Part shown: one piece after another, positions 19,751 through 29,849 of the stretch
Position numbering within the stretch: the first letter of the stretch is position 1
Layout of the letters: each line of letters starts with the position of its first letter
IMG/VR virus record: IMGVR_UViG_3300033066_001786
Span: 49,119 to 113,118 of that record
Source of the DNA: a virus
Taxonomy: Duplodnaviria; Caudoviricetes
Length of the DNA stretch: 64,000 bases
Reading direction: 5' to 3' (one strand)
The notes under the pieces: model-generated
The model's input: the letters and a program-made list of their open reading frames with translations, nothing else
The model's database searches: none
What the model was told of the DNA's origin: nothing
Made by a program: the position numbers and the translations under genes

Positions 19751-20344
19751 ATGACGTTAGTACCTATGGTAGTAGAAAACACCGCAAGAGGAGAAAGGTC
19801 GTATGACTTGTACTCCAGAATGCTTAAAGAACGGATTATTTTCCTTAACGGCGAAGTAAACGAATCAATGGCAAATATCATAGTTGCCCAGCTTTTGTTT
19901 TTAGAATCCGAATCTGCAGAAAAAGATATTAGCATGTATATTAATTCGCCCGGCGGATCAGTAATGGACGGACTTGCAATATATAATGCAATGGAGTATA
20001 TTTCTTGCGATGTTGCTACTTTTGTTACTGGACAAGCAATGTCTATGGGTTCTTTCCTTGCATCGTCGGGTGCAGCCGGTAAGCGGTATGTTATGTCCGA
20101 AAGTACAACAATGATTCACTCTGTTTCTTCTGGAAGTCGAGGCACAGTACATGACCAAATTATTCAACTTGAGGAAGCAAAAAGACTCAATACAAGATTA
20201 ATGGAATTGTATGTCCGACATAATTCGAAAGGTAAAACCTTCGACGAACTTAACAGTGCAACTATGCGAGATAATTTCTTAACTGCACAAGGTGCTGTTG
20301 ATTTTGGTTTAGCAGATACAGTAGTATATAAAAGAAATAAATAA
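19751..20344 (+). CDS. clpP: Clp protease proteolytic subunit
   Basis: [22 protein letters not shown], catalytic S (AMSMGS), H (MIH), D (RDNF). Confidence 0.96.
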   Translation: MTLVPMVVENTARGERSYDLYSRMLKERIIFLNGEVNESMANIIVAQLLFLESESAEKDISMYINSPGGSVMDGLAIYNAMEYISCDVATFVTGQAMSMGSFLASSGAAGKRYVMSESTTMIHSVSSGSRGTVHDQIIQLEEAKRLNTRLMELYVRHNSKGKTFDELNSATMRDNFLTAQGAVDFGLADTVVYKRNK

Positions 20345-20363
20345 AAATGAGGACACACAGCTC

Positions 20364-20612
20364 ATGGATGAGCTTTATTTAATTAAGAACAATAATGGTC
20401 TTTTTTCCACAGGTGGTTATCACCCTACCTTTTCTAAAAAAGCAAAAGTGTATAATATTGGATCTTTGCGTCAACACCTAGCAAATATTATATCTACTGG
20501 CAAATGGCCATATGACGATTGTAATATAGTCGCATACCGCGAAAGCAGGGAAGATAATGCAGAGTTTGAAAAGTACAAGAAAAAACTTATGATGAAGAAG
20601 TTAAAACAATAG
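20364..20612 (+). CDS. Hypothetical protein
   Basis: 82 aa with SD GAGG. Confidence 0.6.
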   Translation: MDELYLIKNNNGLFSTGGYHPTFSKKAKVYNIGSLRQHLANIISTGKWPYDDCNIVAYRESREDNAEFEKYKKKLMMKKLKQ

Positions 20613-21080
20613 ATGGATGTATTAGGCGAAAAATGGTGTAGACGATTCATGAATATTGCACTTGAATCTGCTACTTGGTCAAAAGACCCTCACACTAAAA
20701 CAGGCGCAGCAATAGTAACACTTGAAGGCGACCCCGTGTCTTGGGGTTTTAACGGTATACCTAAGAAAGTAGAAGACCGCGAAGAAAGATACCAACGACC
20801 TGAAAAATATAAATGGATACAGCATGCTGAACGTAATGCAATAGATTTATCAAAGTATGACTTGAAAAATTGTGTTATTTTTTGTACCCACTTCCCATGT
20901 CACGAATGTGCTAAATCTATCATACAAAAAGGTATAGTTGCAGTAGTTGTTGATTCTAAACATTTTCAAAATTCCAATTCCGGTTTTTCAGAAAGATGGG
21001 CAGAATCATTAGAAATATCAAAACAAATGCTTGAAGAAGCAAATATAAAAATAATTAAAATAGGGACAAACGATGAGTGA
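20613..21080 (+). CDS. dCMP deaminase
   Basis: SKDP.TK.GA, GFNG, HAE.NA, PCHEC. Confidence 0.92.
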   Translation: MDVLGEKWCRRFMNIALESATWSKDPHTKTGAAIVTLEGDPVSWGFNGIPKKVEDREERYQRPEKYKWIQHAERNAIDLSKYDLKNCVIFCTHFPCHECAKSIIQKGIVAVVVDSKHFQNSNSGFSERWAESLEISKQMLEEANIKIIKIGTNDE

Positions 21081-21477
21081 TTTAAATAATAAATATAATG
21101 ATTTTGTAAACGGTTTACTTAGTAATGAAAGTGTAGATTTTGATTCTTTTATTTCGCGTTTAGTAGAATTAAAAAACGCAAAATGTCAAATTAATACATT
21201 ATTAACAGGTGCGGTCGGTATGTCAGCCGAATCTGGCGAATTTATGGAAATTGTTAAAAAAGTAATATTCCAAGGTAAGCCGTGGGACGAAGCAAACCAA
21301 ATACATTTGAAAAAAGAATTATCAGATATTATGTTTTATGTAATGTCGTCTTGCATCGGTTTAGGTATTTCGTTAGACGACGTAATACAAACAAACATTG
21401 ATAAACTTGAAGCAAGATACCCGGGTGGTAAATTTGACGCACATTATAGCGAAAATAGAAAAAAAGGAGATCTGTAA
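21073..21477 (+). CDS. MazG-like nucleotide pyrophosphohydrolase
   Basis: AESGEFMEIVKK, KKELSDI, N..KL..RYP. Confidence 0.9.
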   Translation: MSDLNNKYNDFVNGLLSNESVDFDSFISRLVELKNAKCQINTLLTGAVGMSAESGEFMEIVKKVIFQGKPWDEANQIHLKKELSDIMFYVMSSCIGLGISLDDVIQTNIDKLEARYPGGKFDAHYSENRKKGDL

Positions 21478-21938
21478 TGGCTTCAATTAATACTACAACA
21501 GGTACAACGCCAACAACACATCTGGGGCAGTTGCCAAATCCAAATTACGGTTTTTATGGCGGGTCCTACGTGAATGCAGAGGCTAATAAAATTAAAAAAT
21601 ACATTGCCACTTCTAAAACTAAAATTAAATTCATTGAAACAGTCGAAGGTAGCATTTTTAAAATATCTGATTTTAATATGGCATATAGCAAATTACCAGA
21701 TACTACAGAAGGTATGGTTTTAAAGCTTAAAGGTGAAATAAACTCATCTATACATTTAATACTACAACACGAAGACGATTCCTTACATCTAGTTGATTTA
21801 ACTTCTAATTTTTACCAAACCCAAATACATAAAGCCGAAGTAACAGTTGAGTACGTTAATATTTCACTCTATTCGCCATCTGTTATTGCATATAACCCAG
21901 ACGATGTTAAATATGTAATTTTAAATTCTATTTATTGA
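21477..21938 (+). CDS. Hypothetical protein
   Basis: TAATG-coupled ORF. Confidence 0.6.
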   Translation: MASINTTTGTTPTTHLGQLPNPNYGFYGGSYVNAEANKIKKYIATSKTKIKFIETVEGSIFKISDFNMAYSKLPDTTEGMVLKLKGEINSSIHLILQHEDDSLHLVDLTSNFYQTQIHKAEVTVEYVNISLYSPSVIAYNPDDVKYVILNSIY

Positions 21939-21998
21939 TGTTGCATATTGTACAGAATGATAGTATAGTCTACATATTAATATAGTGCGGGGTTTTTC

Positions 21999-22223
21999 AT
22001 GGCCGAAGACAGTACATTCGTAGTTAACATTAGAGATGTTGATCATTTCTATAAGGTTACTAAATTGTTAACCAGTAACTTTGGTCACGACAAATGGAAA
22101 GGTTCTCGGAGAATAGTAAAAAAACTTCAAAAGGGCGGTCCTGCTATATTTACAGTGACAGTGATAGGCGAAGTCGATGTTAATAAATGCAAAAATGCCC
22201 AACTTATGGCGACATTATTATGA
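21999..22223 (+). CDS. Hypothetical protein, paralogue of next gene
   Basis: NIR..DH.....K.L...[FY]G shared; TTGCAT-N17-TATAGT upstream. Confidence 0.6.
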   Translation: MAEDSTFVVNIRDVDHFYKVTKLLTSNFGHDKWKGSRRIVKKLQKGGPAIFTVTVIGEVDVNKCKNAQLMATLL

Positions 22224-22492
22224 AGTTAGAAAATAGCCCTAAATATGGGAATTATTATCGTCTTACTTTGAATATTCGAAGTAAAGATCATTATGTTAGA
22301 ATTATTAAATACTTAGAAAAAACTTACGGTTGTGTTTCTAACCCGTATTTGTTTGCAACGGAGACGAGAGTTTTATCTGAATTAAACGGAACAGATAAAC
22401 CCGTAGTTGCAGTTTTTAGATTGTATGAGAAATTCATAAATGATAGAAATATCTCTATTAATAATCTGTCGGTTTATTTGAGTTTATTATGA
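22220..22492 (+). CDS. Hypothetical protein, paralogue of previous gene
   Basis: Start corrected to the ATG overlapping the upstream stop. Confidence 0.6.
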   Translation: MKLENSPKYGNYYRLTLNIRSKDHYVRIIKYLEKTYGCVSNPYLFATETRVLSELNGTDKPVVAVFRLYEKFINDRNISINNLSVYLSLL

Positions 22493-22821
22493 CTACAGAA
22501 GTAAACGTTGAAAAGGAAAAACTTTATACTTGTCTAAATAGGCACGGTATATCTTGCCCTTCGTTGTCTCCCCCCGGCAATCAGTTTGTTTTTACAAAAG
22601 TGTACGATGTTAGTTTATATACTTTCTTAGGGTCTGGTTTAAAATATTACGTGCACCTTAACGGCGTGGACGAGTCAGTTTTTGAGAATTCAATATCTAG
22701 TATTAGAAAAAAATATAAATCAATTGGCAGTATTTTCTACGATAGTAGACGCATTGTATTTTTCGACGAGAAAGAGTCAATGATGATTAAGTTTAAATAC
22801 GGCGAATTCTTAGAGATTTAA
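22489..22821 (+). CDS. Hypothetical protein (FxDEKxxM motif family)
   Basis: FFDEKESMMIKFKYG. Confidence 0.6.
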   Translation: MTTEVNVEKEKLYTCLNRHGISCPSLSPPGNQFVFTKVYDVSLYTFLGSGLKYYVHLNGVDESVFENSISSIRKKYKSIGSIFYDSRRIVFFDEKESMMIKFKYGEFLEI

Positions 22822-22822
22822 A

Positions 22823-23239
22823 ATGCCAACTTCTGACAAAATTAAGTTATTTCGTGAAATATTTAGTAACAGTAATTTTGTATCCTTTCTCTTCGTTATT
22901 TGCACATTGGCGCAAGTTTGGTTTCTCAATACGTTTGCACTGAATATGTTAATGGTAGATTTAATATACATTACGGGTTCATTACAATTATTTAATATAG
23001 TATTGTATACAGTGTGTAACATAGGTAACCCGTTAAAGCCTTTTAAGAATCACATAATTGATGTAGTTTTTCTAGTAGCAAGAACATCTATGTTTTGGCT
23101 TTTTTGTATACCTGCAGCATTAGTTATTATGGTTTGCGAATCTTATATTTTCGACGAAGCAATAAAAAATAACTATATTATACCAACTAGAAAAAATAAA
23201 ATCAAGCATATGTATTCTAAATTGGCAGGTGACATGTGA
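22823..23239 (+). CDS. Membrane protein
   Basis: Hydrophobic helices; C-terminal PTRKNK shared with next gene. Confidence 0.65.
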   Translation: MPTSDKIKLFREIFSNSNFVSFLFVICTLAQVWFLNTFALNMLMVDLIYITGSLQLFNIVLYTVCNIGNPLKPFKNHIIDVVFLVARTSMFWLFCIPAALVIMVCESYIFDEAIKNNYIIPTRKNKIKHMYSKLAGDM

Positions 23240-23619
23240 ACAAATTTTTAACTATGAGTACATTTTTGGCTCGGTTAGTTCTAGTGTTTTTTATTATGGC
23301 TAACTTCCTACCTTATTTTATATTAAATGGTGATTTGTTTTTCTATTTCCTATTGTTTAATATTTTTTCTTATTTAATAATTATGTTTATTGCTTTAGCC
23401 GATAGAAGTCAAAGTAGCGATGCATTGGAATTTATTTCATTAGTATCTTTTTGTCTAGCTGTTAACATGTACTTTGTTCCGATTTATTATATTTGTGAAA
23501 AGATAATTTATAAGGAAAAAGGAATACTTGAAAAGTATTACAAACGAGGTTATTTCTTACCAACTAGAAAAAACAAGAAAAACCAAATGATGCACATTTT
23601 AAAAGGCAACCTAGGATGA
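23236..23619 (+). CDS. Membrane protein, paralogue of previous gene
   Basis: Hydrophobic helices; CE...PTRKNK. Confidence 0.65.
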   Translation: MNKFLTMSTFLARLVLVFFIMANFLPYFILNGDLFFYFLLFNIFSYLIIMFIALADRSQSSDALEFISLVSFCLAVNMYFVPIYYICEKIIYKEKGILEKYYKRGYFLPTRKNKKNQMMHILKGNLG

Positions 23620-23918
23620 AACATAATTTGTTTTTAAATCATAACATCGAAAACGACGATGTTACAATGGTTGTTGTTGAGCTGCCTTGCAAAGGTGCCG
23701 AGTACACTTATTTTGTAAGGGAATTAAAAAACAATACTAGTGGATCATTTTATATATATCGAACTACTACATACGCTATATCCGATGTAGAAAAATTATA
23801 TGTAGGTTTTGAAAATGAAAAAGATGCAATGTTCTTACGTTTAAGGTATGATGTTAAAGTTATAAACAGCTGGAACAAAGATATTCGTTTTTCCTATTTT
23901 AAATATGTTGACAACTGA
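23616..23918 (+). CDS. Hypothetical protein (FxNEKDAM motif family)
   Basis: GFENEKDAMFLRLRY. Confidence 0.6.
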   Translation: MKHNLFLNHNIENDDVTMVVVELPCKGAEYTYFVRELKNNTSGSFYIYRTTTYAISDVEKLYVGFENEKDAMFLRLRYDVKVINSWNKDIRFSYFKYVDN

Positions 23919-23935
23919 GCAAAATAATGTATAAT
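23908..23935 (+). promoter_or_regulatory. sigma70 consensus promoter
   Basis: TTGACA-N16-TATAAT; flanked by TTTCCTA (23890)/TAGGAAA (23948). Confidence 0.75.
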
Positions 23936-23959
23936 AGCACAATAAATTAGGAAATAGAA

Positions 23960-24463
23960 ATGATTACGCATAGAATTGGGAATCTACTTGAAACAGTAAC
24001 TGAAGGCCATATATTGCACGGATGTAATGCGCAGGGTGTAATGGGTTCGGGTTTTGCAAAACAAGTAAAACTTAAATACCCTCATGTGTTCGAAACATAT
24101 AAAATTGCACATTCTAAGAAATTTAGTAATACAGGTTTAGTTCTTGGTAATGTTATTGGCGCACAAGCAACAGTTACACCAACAAATAACCTATATGTGT
24201 GGAATATGATTACACAGGAATTCTACGGTTATAACGGTAAAAGACAAGTAGATTATAATGCTGTTCGATTGTGTATGAAGAAATTTAACAAAGTTATGCT
24301 TGATGGTTTTTATGATGCATACAGTAAAGAAGTTCATTTTCCATTGATAGGTTGTGGATTAGGAGGCGGATCTTGGAAAGTTATATCTGCCATAATAGAC
24401 GAAGAAATTACTTGTACAGAAGACAAGTACCTCTGGACCTTAACTAGCGACATTAGGAGCTAA
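23960..24463 (+). CDS. Macrodomain protein (TARG1/T4 tk.4-like ADP-ribose processing)
   Basis: GNLL, HGCNAQGVMGSGFA, N.ITQ, PLIGCGLGGGSW. Confidence 0.9.
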   Translation: MITHRIGNLLETVTEGHILHGCNAQGVMGSGFAKQVKLKYPHVFETYKIAHSKKFSNTGLVLGNVIGAQATVTPTNNLYVWNMITQEFYGYNGKRQVDYNAVRLCMKKFNKVMLDGFYDAYSKEVHFPLIGCGLGGGSWKVISAIIDEEITCTEDKYLWTLTSDIRS

Positions 24464-24465
24464 AT

Positions 24466-24921
24466 ATGAGCAATCAAGCAGAATCAGTAGTTGTAACAGT
24501 TACTAAACGTAAGAAACTGTGGGGGCGAGTTAAAGCAATAGTGGCCCAAGTTAAATTCGAAAAACCTTATTTGTTGCTATGGCGATACAATATGTTTTTA
24601 AACCTGTGCTTTTTTGCGCAGGGCTTGATTGGGTTATTAACCTTAGGCGCATATATGCCGTGGTGGACAGGAAAAGCATCGAAATTGGTTTCTATTGCTA
24701 AATCCGACATTACACAGTACGAGAAAGCAAAAACAGAATCAAAACAAGAAGTTGAAAAAGAAACACAAAAACAAGAAGAAGTTAAGGATGTTTCTAAATC
24801 GGAAATGATTAGGCGAATGGTTGAAGAAATGGCAACTAAACGCGAATATGATATGTTCGGTAATGTGATATCTATTAACGGCGAGCTTGTTAAAAAGGAG
24901 ACTGACAAAAAGGATGTTTGA
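24466..24921 (+). CDS. Hypothetical membrane protein
   Basis: Central TM segment; SD AGGAG. Confidence 0.65.
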   Translation: MSNQAESVVVTVTKRKKLWGRVKAIVAQVKFEKPYLLLWRYNMFLNLCFFAQGLIGLLTLGAYMPWWTGKASKLVSIAKSDITQYEKAKTESKQEVEKETQKQEEVKDVSKSEMIRRMVEEMATKREYDMFGNVISINGELVKKETDKKDV

Positions 24922-25198
24922 ATTAAGTGATATGAAGCTCCTCACGGACGAGGAGTTATTTAACAGAATAATGAAATTAAGAAGATATTTATTCCAGTCC
25001 CAAAATCATCCAGAAATGATGTATAGTATTGAGATAACACTTGCTGTGCTCGAAGAGGAAAAAGAATATAGGGATTTAAGAAAAATAAATACAGAAACAG
25101 AAAAAAGAAATAAGAAAAATAAAAACACAGATATGTATCCTATTAACTTCGGTAAAGTTAATAGTTTGGAAGACGACAATGAGAAACCAAAAGAATAG
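24914..25198 (+). CDS. Hypothetical protein
   Basis: Start corrected to ATG 24914. Confidence 0.6.
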   Translation: MFELSDMKLLTDEELFNRIMKLRRYLFQSQNHPEMMYSIEITLAVLEEEKEYRDLRKINTETEKRNKKNKNTDMYPINFGKVNSLEDDNEKPKE

Positions 25199-25850
25199 TA
25201 GAACAGACATGACGCTTAAACATACGTTTAAGGGATGCCGATTTCACCCACATAAAATGAATATTGTAGAATGGAATCTACGTGTGTACTTAGTAGGAAG
25301 ACCACCTAAAGACAACGAAGGCGACGAATTTAAACAATCCGTTTCTTTTGCATTCCATAAACTTCATGGTTGGCTCGAATACTTTATTAATGATGTAATC
25401 GTAGTTGATTTTAATAATAAAGACCAATATTTCTCTGCATTAGATTTGCAAGTAGAAAACCAAATAATTCTAACTCCTACTATTGCATCTGACGATGTCC
25501 TTGCACAATTATTCCATGCTAAAATGCGTTCTATTGTAAACGGTGATATATCGGTCGAGGCAGTAGAACTAGAATCGTCAGATTGTAATGTCGTTTACAC
25601 TTATACTAATTTAGACGGAAAATACGATCTGCCCTCGCAGGAAGAATTCGTCGGCAAAAAATCGCTTTTTGATAAACCTTGGTGGGAAAGGAACGATTGC
25701 GATACGTATGATTTTGAATTGCCTAAAGGCGAAAATAAAAAAGAACTAATTAAGGATTTAGATACATCTAAATTCTTCGACGAGTTAAAATCGACGTTAT
25801 TTGGCGAAGAACCCGAAGCAGATATTATAGAGATCAAATGGAAAAAATAA
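25179..25850 (+). CDS. Conserved-looking hypothetical protein
   Basis: 223 aa, KPWWER motif. Confidence 0.65.
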   Translation: MRNQKNSRTDMTLKHTFKGCRFHPHKMNIVEWNLRVYLVGRPPKDNEGDEFKQSVSFAFHKLHGWLEYFINDVIVVDFNNKDQYFSALDLQVENQIILTPTIASDDVLAQLFHAKMRSIVNGDISVEAVELESSDCNVVYTYTNLDGKYDLPSQEEFVGKKSLFDKPWWERNDCDTYDFELPKGENKKELIKDLDTSKFFDELKSTLFGEEPEADIIEIKWKK

Positions 25851-26335
25851 ACGGTATTGTTCCTACTGTAGATGCAAATGAATATATAGAATTGCTACTT
25901 AACGGTGCTAATGTTAAGTCTTTATGTTTGTCTGATAATATTGCCTTAGAAGAATATAACAAAATTGCAGATTATTTTGAAACTAAAAAATTACCACAAA
26001 TTGACGATTTAAGTGCTAATATTTTAGAAAAAGCATCAACATGGAATATACCTGATTATTTTTTAAATTTAGACGTTGAAGAATACATAACATCATTATG
26101 TTTAACAGACGAAGAGAAGAATAGGATAAATAAAGAACTGGTGCTATATAAAGAGAAGAATTTGTTTAGGTTGTTGCAATGTTTAATTTATATAGTCGAC
26201 ACGTTTAGAAAGAATAATGTAGTATGGGGTGTCGGGAGAGGATCAAGTGTATCGTCGTATTGTTTATTTTTAATAGGTGTACATAAGATTGATTCCATAA
26301 AATATGGATTAGAAATTGAAGAATTTTTAAAATAG
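25838..26335 (+). CDS. Stand-alone DNA polymerase III alpha (DnaE) fragment
   Basis: RI..EL, WGVGRGSS.SS..LFLIG...ID..KYGL..EEFL; stops before the PDxD catalytic motif. Confidence 0.8.
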   Translation: MEKINGIVPTVDANEYIELLLNGANVKSLCLSDNIALEEYNKIADYFETKKLPQIDDLSANILEKASTWNIPDYFLNLDVEEYITSLCLTDEEKNRINKELVLYKEKNLFRLLQCLIYIVDTFRKNNVVWGVGRGSSVSSYCLFLIGVHKIDSIKYGLEIEEFLK

Positions 26336-26345
26336 GAAAATAAAA

Positions 26346-26606
26346 ATGAATGATTTTGAGAAACTGTGCAAAGATGTAGATGAAAAATTTGCAGATAAAA
26401 TAAAAAGTGGAAAATTCGAGTCTTTAGGTGTTAATACATCGGACGGTCTTAAAGAACAATTTGATGCGGTAGTTGGTAAATGCGGCGTAGTTAACATATG
26501 TTATATGGACTATAAAGTTAACGATGAAGACACCAGTAAATATACCCTGCAAATACTTACACAAAGATTTGACTCGGATGGCATGATAATTGAGAAAGGA
26601 GAATAA
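26346..26606 (+). CDS. Hypothetical protein
   Basis: 86 aa with SD. Confidence 0.6.
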   Translation: MNDFEKLCKDVDEKFADKIKSGKFESLGVNTSDGLKEQFDAVVGKCGVVNICYMDYKVNDEDTSKYTLQILTQRFDSDGMIIEKGE

Positions 26607-26607
26607 A

Positions 26608-26979
26608 ATGATTAGAAGCACAAGAGGCGGTGTCCCAATTGATACCGACCGTATTAAAATGAAAAACGAAAATAAAGTCGCGGTCGGCAACATGAACGTT
26701 AATGCAAGAGGTGACGTTTTAGGCAGAGGCGGAAAAATAATAAAACCGGTTGTACAACGTGTAAACGAAGTGCAAAATGTTAATAGAGTAGAACAAGTTT
26801 CAATTAAAGGTAAAATGGCACAGGAAGCAACTTTAAATGAAGATCAGATTAAGAAAGAAACACCAGAAGAAACTTCAATCGAACAGAAGAAGAGTAATAG
26901 CAACAAGAAAGCAGTAAAAAAACTACCAAACGAAATTGAACTTCCGGATGGTTCTATACAGGTAATAGACGATGAATAA
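26608..26979 (+). CDS. Hypothetical protein
   Basis: AVGNMNVNARGDVLG.GG motif; SD AGGAG. Confidence 0.7.
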   Translation: MIRSTRGGVPIDTDRIKMKNENKVAVGNMNVNARGDVLGRGGKIIKPVVQRVNEVQNVNRVEQVSIKGKMAQEATLNEDQIKKETPEETSIEQKKSNSNKKAVKKLPNEIELPDGSIQVIDDE

Positions 26980-27439
26980 TAAACAAGAATTAATAAACGA
27001 CGATGTGTTAGTGGCATATGTTGATTGTGGCGTTTTGCCTCCGCACCTAAAGAAAGAAAAATTAGAACAATATACAGCAGATTATCTCCCCGAACTAGAA
27101 AAAACGGGGAAAAGAGTTATTATTTTCCCCGACGATATTAAGTTGGAAAGAATGAGTTTAAATAAAAACGACATCGTAATTGCAACGATGAAGGATACGT
27201 TACTGCCGCCAAAAAAACTAGAAGAGTATTCTAGTGTTCTAAGGGACAATTTAAGTAGATTCTTTCCGGATAATAAAGTTTTAGTAAAAGGGAACCCTTT
27301 AACATTAGAAACTACTACGGAAGTAGAACTTGTTTGTACAGGAGAACGTAATCAATACGTAATAGATATCGGTGATTTAGACCCAGGTGTTTTCCAAGAG
27401 TACATTGAAAAGTTTATGCAAGAGAAGAGAAATAAGTAA
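26972..27439 (+). CDS. Hypothetical protein with internal repeats
   Basis: Repeated [DG].LPP...EEY-like units. Confidence 0.65.
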   Translation: MNNKQELINDDVLVAYVDCGVLPPHLKKEKLEQYTADYLPELEKTGKRVIIFPDDIKLERMSLNKNDIVIATMKDTLLPPKKLEEYSSVLRDNLSRFFPDNKVLVKGNPLTLETTTEVELVCTGERNQYVIDIGDLDPGVFQEYIEKFMQEKRNK

Positions 27440-27682
27440 GTGGAAGAAATAATAATTTACTACAAAGAGAAAAATAACATCCTAAATAACTGTATTGTTC
27501 TTTGTGAAACATACGAATATAATCATGTTGCAAAAAAGATAGGTTTTGATGTTTCCCCTAATTTATTTGAAGATAAGGAATACTATTATCCGGCAGTATT
27601 TCTAGGGGAAAAATATATAGGAAGCTTATTGCAGTTATCTAAATACTTAGAAGAGTGGGACAGAGTGCATGGCACAGATTAA
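27440..27682 (+). CDS. Glutaredoxin-like protein (degenerate)
   Basis: C..C, YPAVFLGEKYIG. Confidence 0.5.
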   Translation: MEEIIIYYKEKNNILNNCIVLCETYEYNHVAKKIGFDVSPNLFEDKEYYYPAVFLGEKYIGSLLQLSKYLEEWDRVHGTD

Positions 27683-27998
27683 TGTAAAAATGCTCAACGG
27701 TAAAGTTTTAGTACATGAAATGAAACGTGGCACTAGAATGATAGGCGGTATTATATTGTTAAACGATGACGGTAAAGAACATGGCATACGCCCAAGATGG
27801 GCAAAAGTATATGCTGTAGGTGAAGATGTAACTGATTTAAAAGTGGGCGATTGGATATTAATTAAACACGGACGTTGGACACGAGGCTTTAAAATCGACC
27901 AAGACGGAGAATACCTCTGGGCAGCAGAATATCCTGAAGGTGTACTGGGTGTGTCAGACGGAGAACCAGAAGATAATTTAGTTAAAGATAACAGGTAA
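27669..27998 (+). CDS. groES: GroES-like co-chaperonin
   Basis: GGIIL mobile loop, VYAVG, LKVGD.IL. Confidence 0.8.
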   Translation: MAQINVKMLNGKVLVHEMKRGTRMIGGIILLNDDGKEHGIRPRWAKVYAVGEDVTDLKVGDWILIKHGRWTRGFKIDQDGEYLWAAEYPEGVLGVSDGEPEDNLVKDNR

Positions 27999-28003
27999 CA
28001 ATC

Positions 28004-28924
28004 ATGTCATTATGGACAGAAAAGTACAGGCCTAAAAATGTATCTGAATATGTTTTTATGGATCCAAAACAAAAAGAAAAAGTAGAGCAGTGGATCAAGG
28101 AAGGAAAGGTTCCAAATGTAATATTTGCCGGCCCTGCAGGTACAGGTAAAACTTCCCTTGCTAAGATGTTGCTTAAAGAACTGAAAGTACACGATGCTGA
28201 CATTAAAGTAATTAATGCTTCTAAGGATAACGGCGTAGATTATATTAGAGAAACAGTAGATGGGTTTTGTAGTGTAATGCCTTATGGCGACAGGAGATAT
28301 ATTCTTCTAGACGAAAGCGACTTTTTAAGTCTGAATTCACAAGCTGCATTGCGTAATCCGATGGAAGCATGCAGCGATACTGTTAGTTTCATATTAACAT
28401 GTAATTTTCCAAATAGGATAATGCCTGCATTGCATAGTAGATGTCAATCGATGCACATTGAAAAAATGGATAAAGTTGAATTCACAGCAAGGATGGCAAC
28501 AATTTTAATAGAAGAAAATGTGCAATTTGAAATAGACGATTTGGATATTTTTGTAAATGCTGCATACCCAGATTTGAGAAAATGTATTAATAATTGCGAA
28601 CTTAATACGAACAACGGCATATTAACTCTCCCTACTCAAAATGCGTCCGACTCTTCCGATTACAGACTTAATGCAGTTGCATTGTTTAGAGACAGAAAGT
28701 ACGAAGAAGCAAGAAAATTAATATGTAAGCAAATAGCCCAAGAAGAATACGAAGATTTTTATAGATTTATGTATGAAAATACAGATCTTTGGGCAGCAGA
28801 CGAATCACAAACTAAACAAGTTATACTTGCAATACGAGATGGACTTGTTAAAGATTCGTGCGTTGCAGACAGAGAGATAAATTTAGCAGCAACACTTATA
28901 AACTTAGAACTAATTGGAATGTAA
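28004..28924 (+). CDS. Clamp loader (RFC small subunit/gp44-like)
   Basis: WTEKYRP, GPAGTGKT, INAS, LDESD, SRC. Confidence 0.93.
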   Translation: MSLWTEKYRPKNVSEYVFMDPKQKEKVEQWIKEGKVPNVIFAGPAGTGKTSLAKMLLKELKVHDADIKVINASKDNGVDYIRETVDGFCSVMPYGDRRYILLDESDFLSLNSQAALRNPMEACSDTVSFILTCNFPNRIMPALHSRCQSMHIEKMDKVEFTARMATILIEENVQFEIDDLDIFVNAAYPDLRKCINNCELNTNNGILTLPTQNASDSSDYRLNAVALFRDRKYEEARKLICKQIAQEEYEDFYRFMYENTDLWAADESQTKQVILAIRDGLVKDSCVADREINLAATLINLELIGM

Positions 28925-29278
28925 ATGATTAAAAATGCCTATGTAATACTAACCCATATATATCGACCTGCTGCCGAAAAAGACAAATGGCAAGTAATAG
29001 AAGAAATATCATTTGTTGACAAAATAAATAAAACACAGAATAAAGAAGCATCTGTTATTATCGATGTAATGCGGGAAAAATTAAGTAAGTGCCGCTTCCC
29101 AGATTTCGAATATCAATATTACATTGATTATTTAATCAAACAGTATCCGCAGAATTACAAATTATTACTTGAATTATTAGAAAGAGAATTACCGCAAGAA
29201 CTCATTGATAAAATTGCCGAAATTGAGAATCCGCCAGAGGTGGAAAATGAAAGCGAAGGAAAAGTTAATACTAACTGA
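28925..29278 (+). CDS. Hypothetical protein
   Basis: 117 aa abutting clamp loader. Confidence 0.65.
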   Translation: MIKNAYVILTHIYRPAAEKDKWQVIEEISFVDKINKTQNKEASVIIDVMREKLSKCRFPDFEYQYYIDYLIKQYPQNYKLLLELLERELPQELIDKIAEIENPPEVENESEGKVNTN

Positions 29279-29849
29279 TGTAGACGGTACTATTTTATCT
29301 TGGAATGATAGTTTTTCTAAATACATGGCATTAAAAGGTCATGCGGAAAATTTATATTTTCAAGACAAATATTCTTTAGATAAAAGATACGGACTAGATA
29401 GAAATGTAATGCACGGTTATATTGAGGATTTTAATAAATCTGATTATATTAGTTGTTTACCCGCATTAGCAGATGCAGAATTTTATGTTAAGAAACTTGC
29501 AAGTTTAGATTTTCGATTTATAGCAATCACAAGTTTCGGCGACGACAAGGATGCATATGCTAAACGTCTATGCAATTTAAAAAATATATTCGGCGATGTA
29601 TTTGATGAATTAATATGTTTGCCAGTAGGGCGTGACAAATATGAGGCACTAGATCGTTGGTATAACAGGGAGTTGTTTTGGATCGAAGATAAATTCTCTA
29701 ATGCACTAATAGGTCATGCTGCCGGGCTAAATGCAGTATTAATTGATTCAGATCATAATAGAGATTTAATTACATCGCGCTTCCCAAGGGTGTCTTCTAA
29801 AACACCCTGGAAAGAGATATACGATTTAATTATTGCTGATTATTTTTAA
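29247..29849 (+). CDS. HAD-family 5'-nucleotidase-like protein
   Basis: TDVDGT, ITS, K, WIED. Confidence 0.85.
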   Translation: MKAKEKLILTDVDGTILSWNDSFSKYMALKGHAENLYFQDKYSLDKRYGLDRNVMHGYIEDFNKSDYISCLPALADAEFYVKKLASLDFRFIAITSFGDDKDAYAKRLCNLKNIFGDVFDELICLPVGRDKYEALDRWYNRELFWIEDKFSNALIGHAAGLNAVLIDSDHNRDLITSRFPRVSSKTPWKEIYDLIIADYF

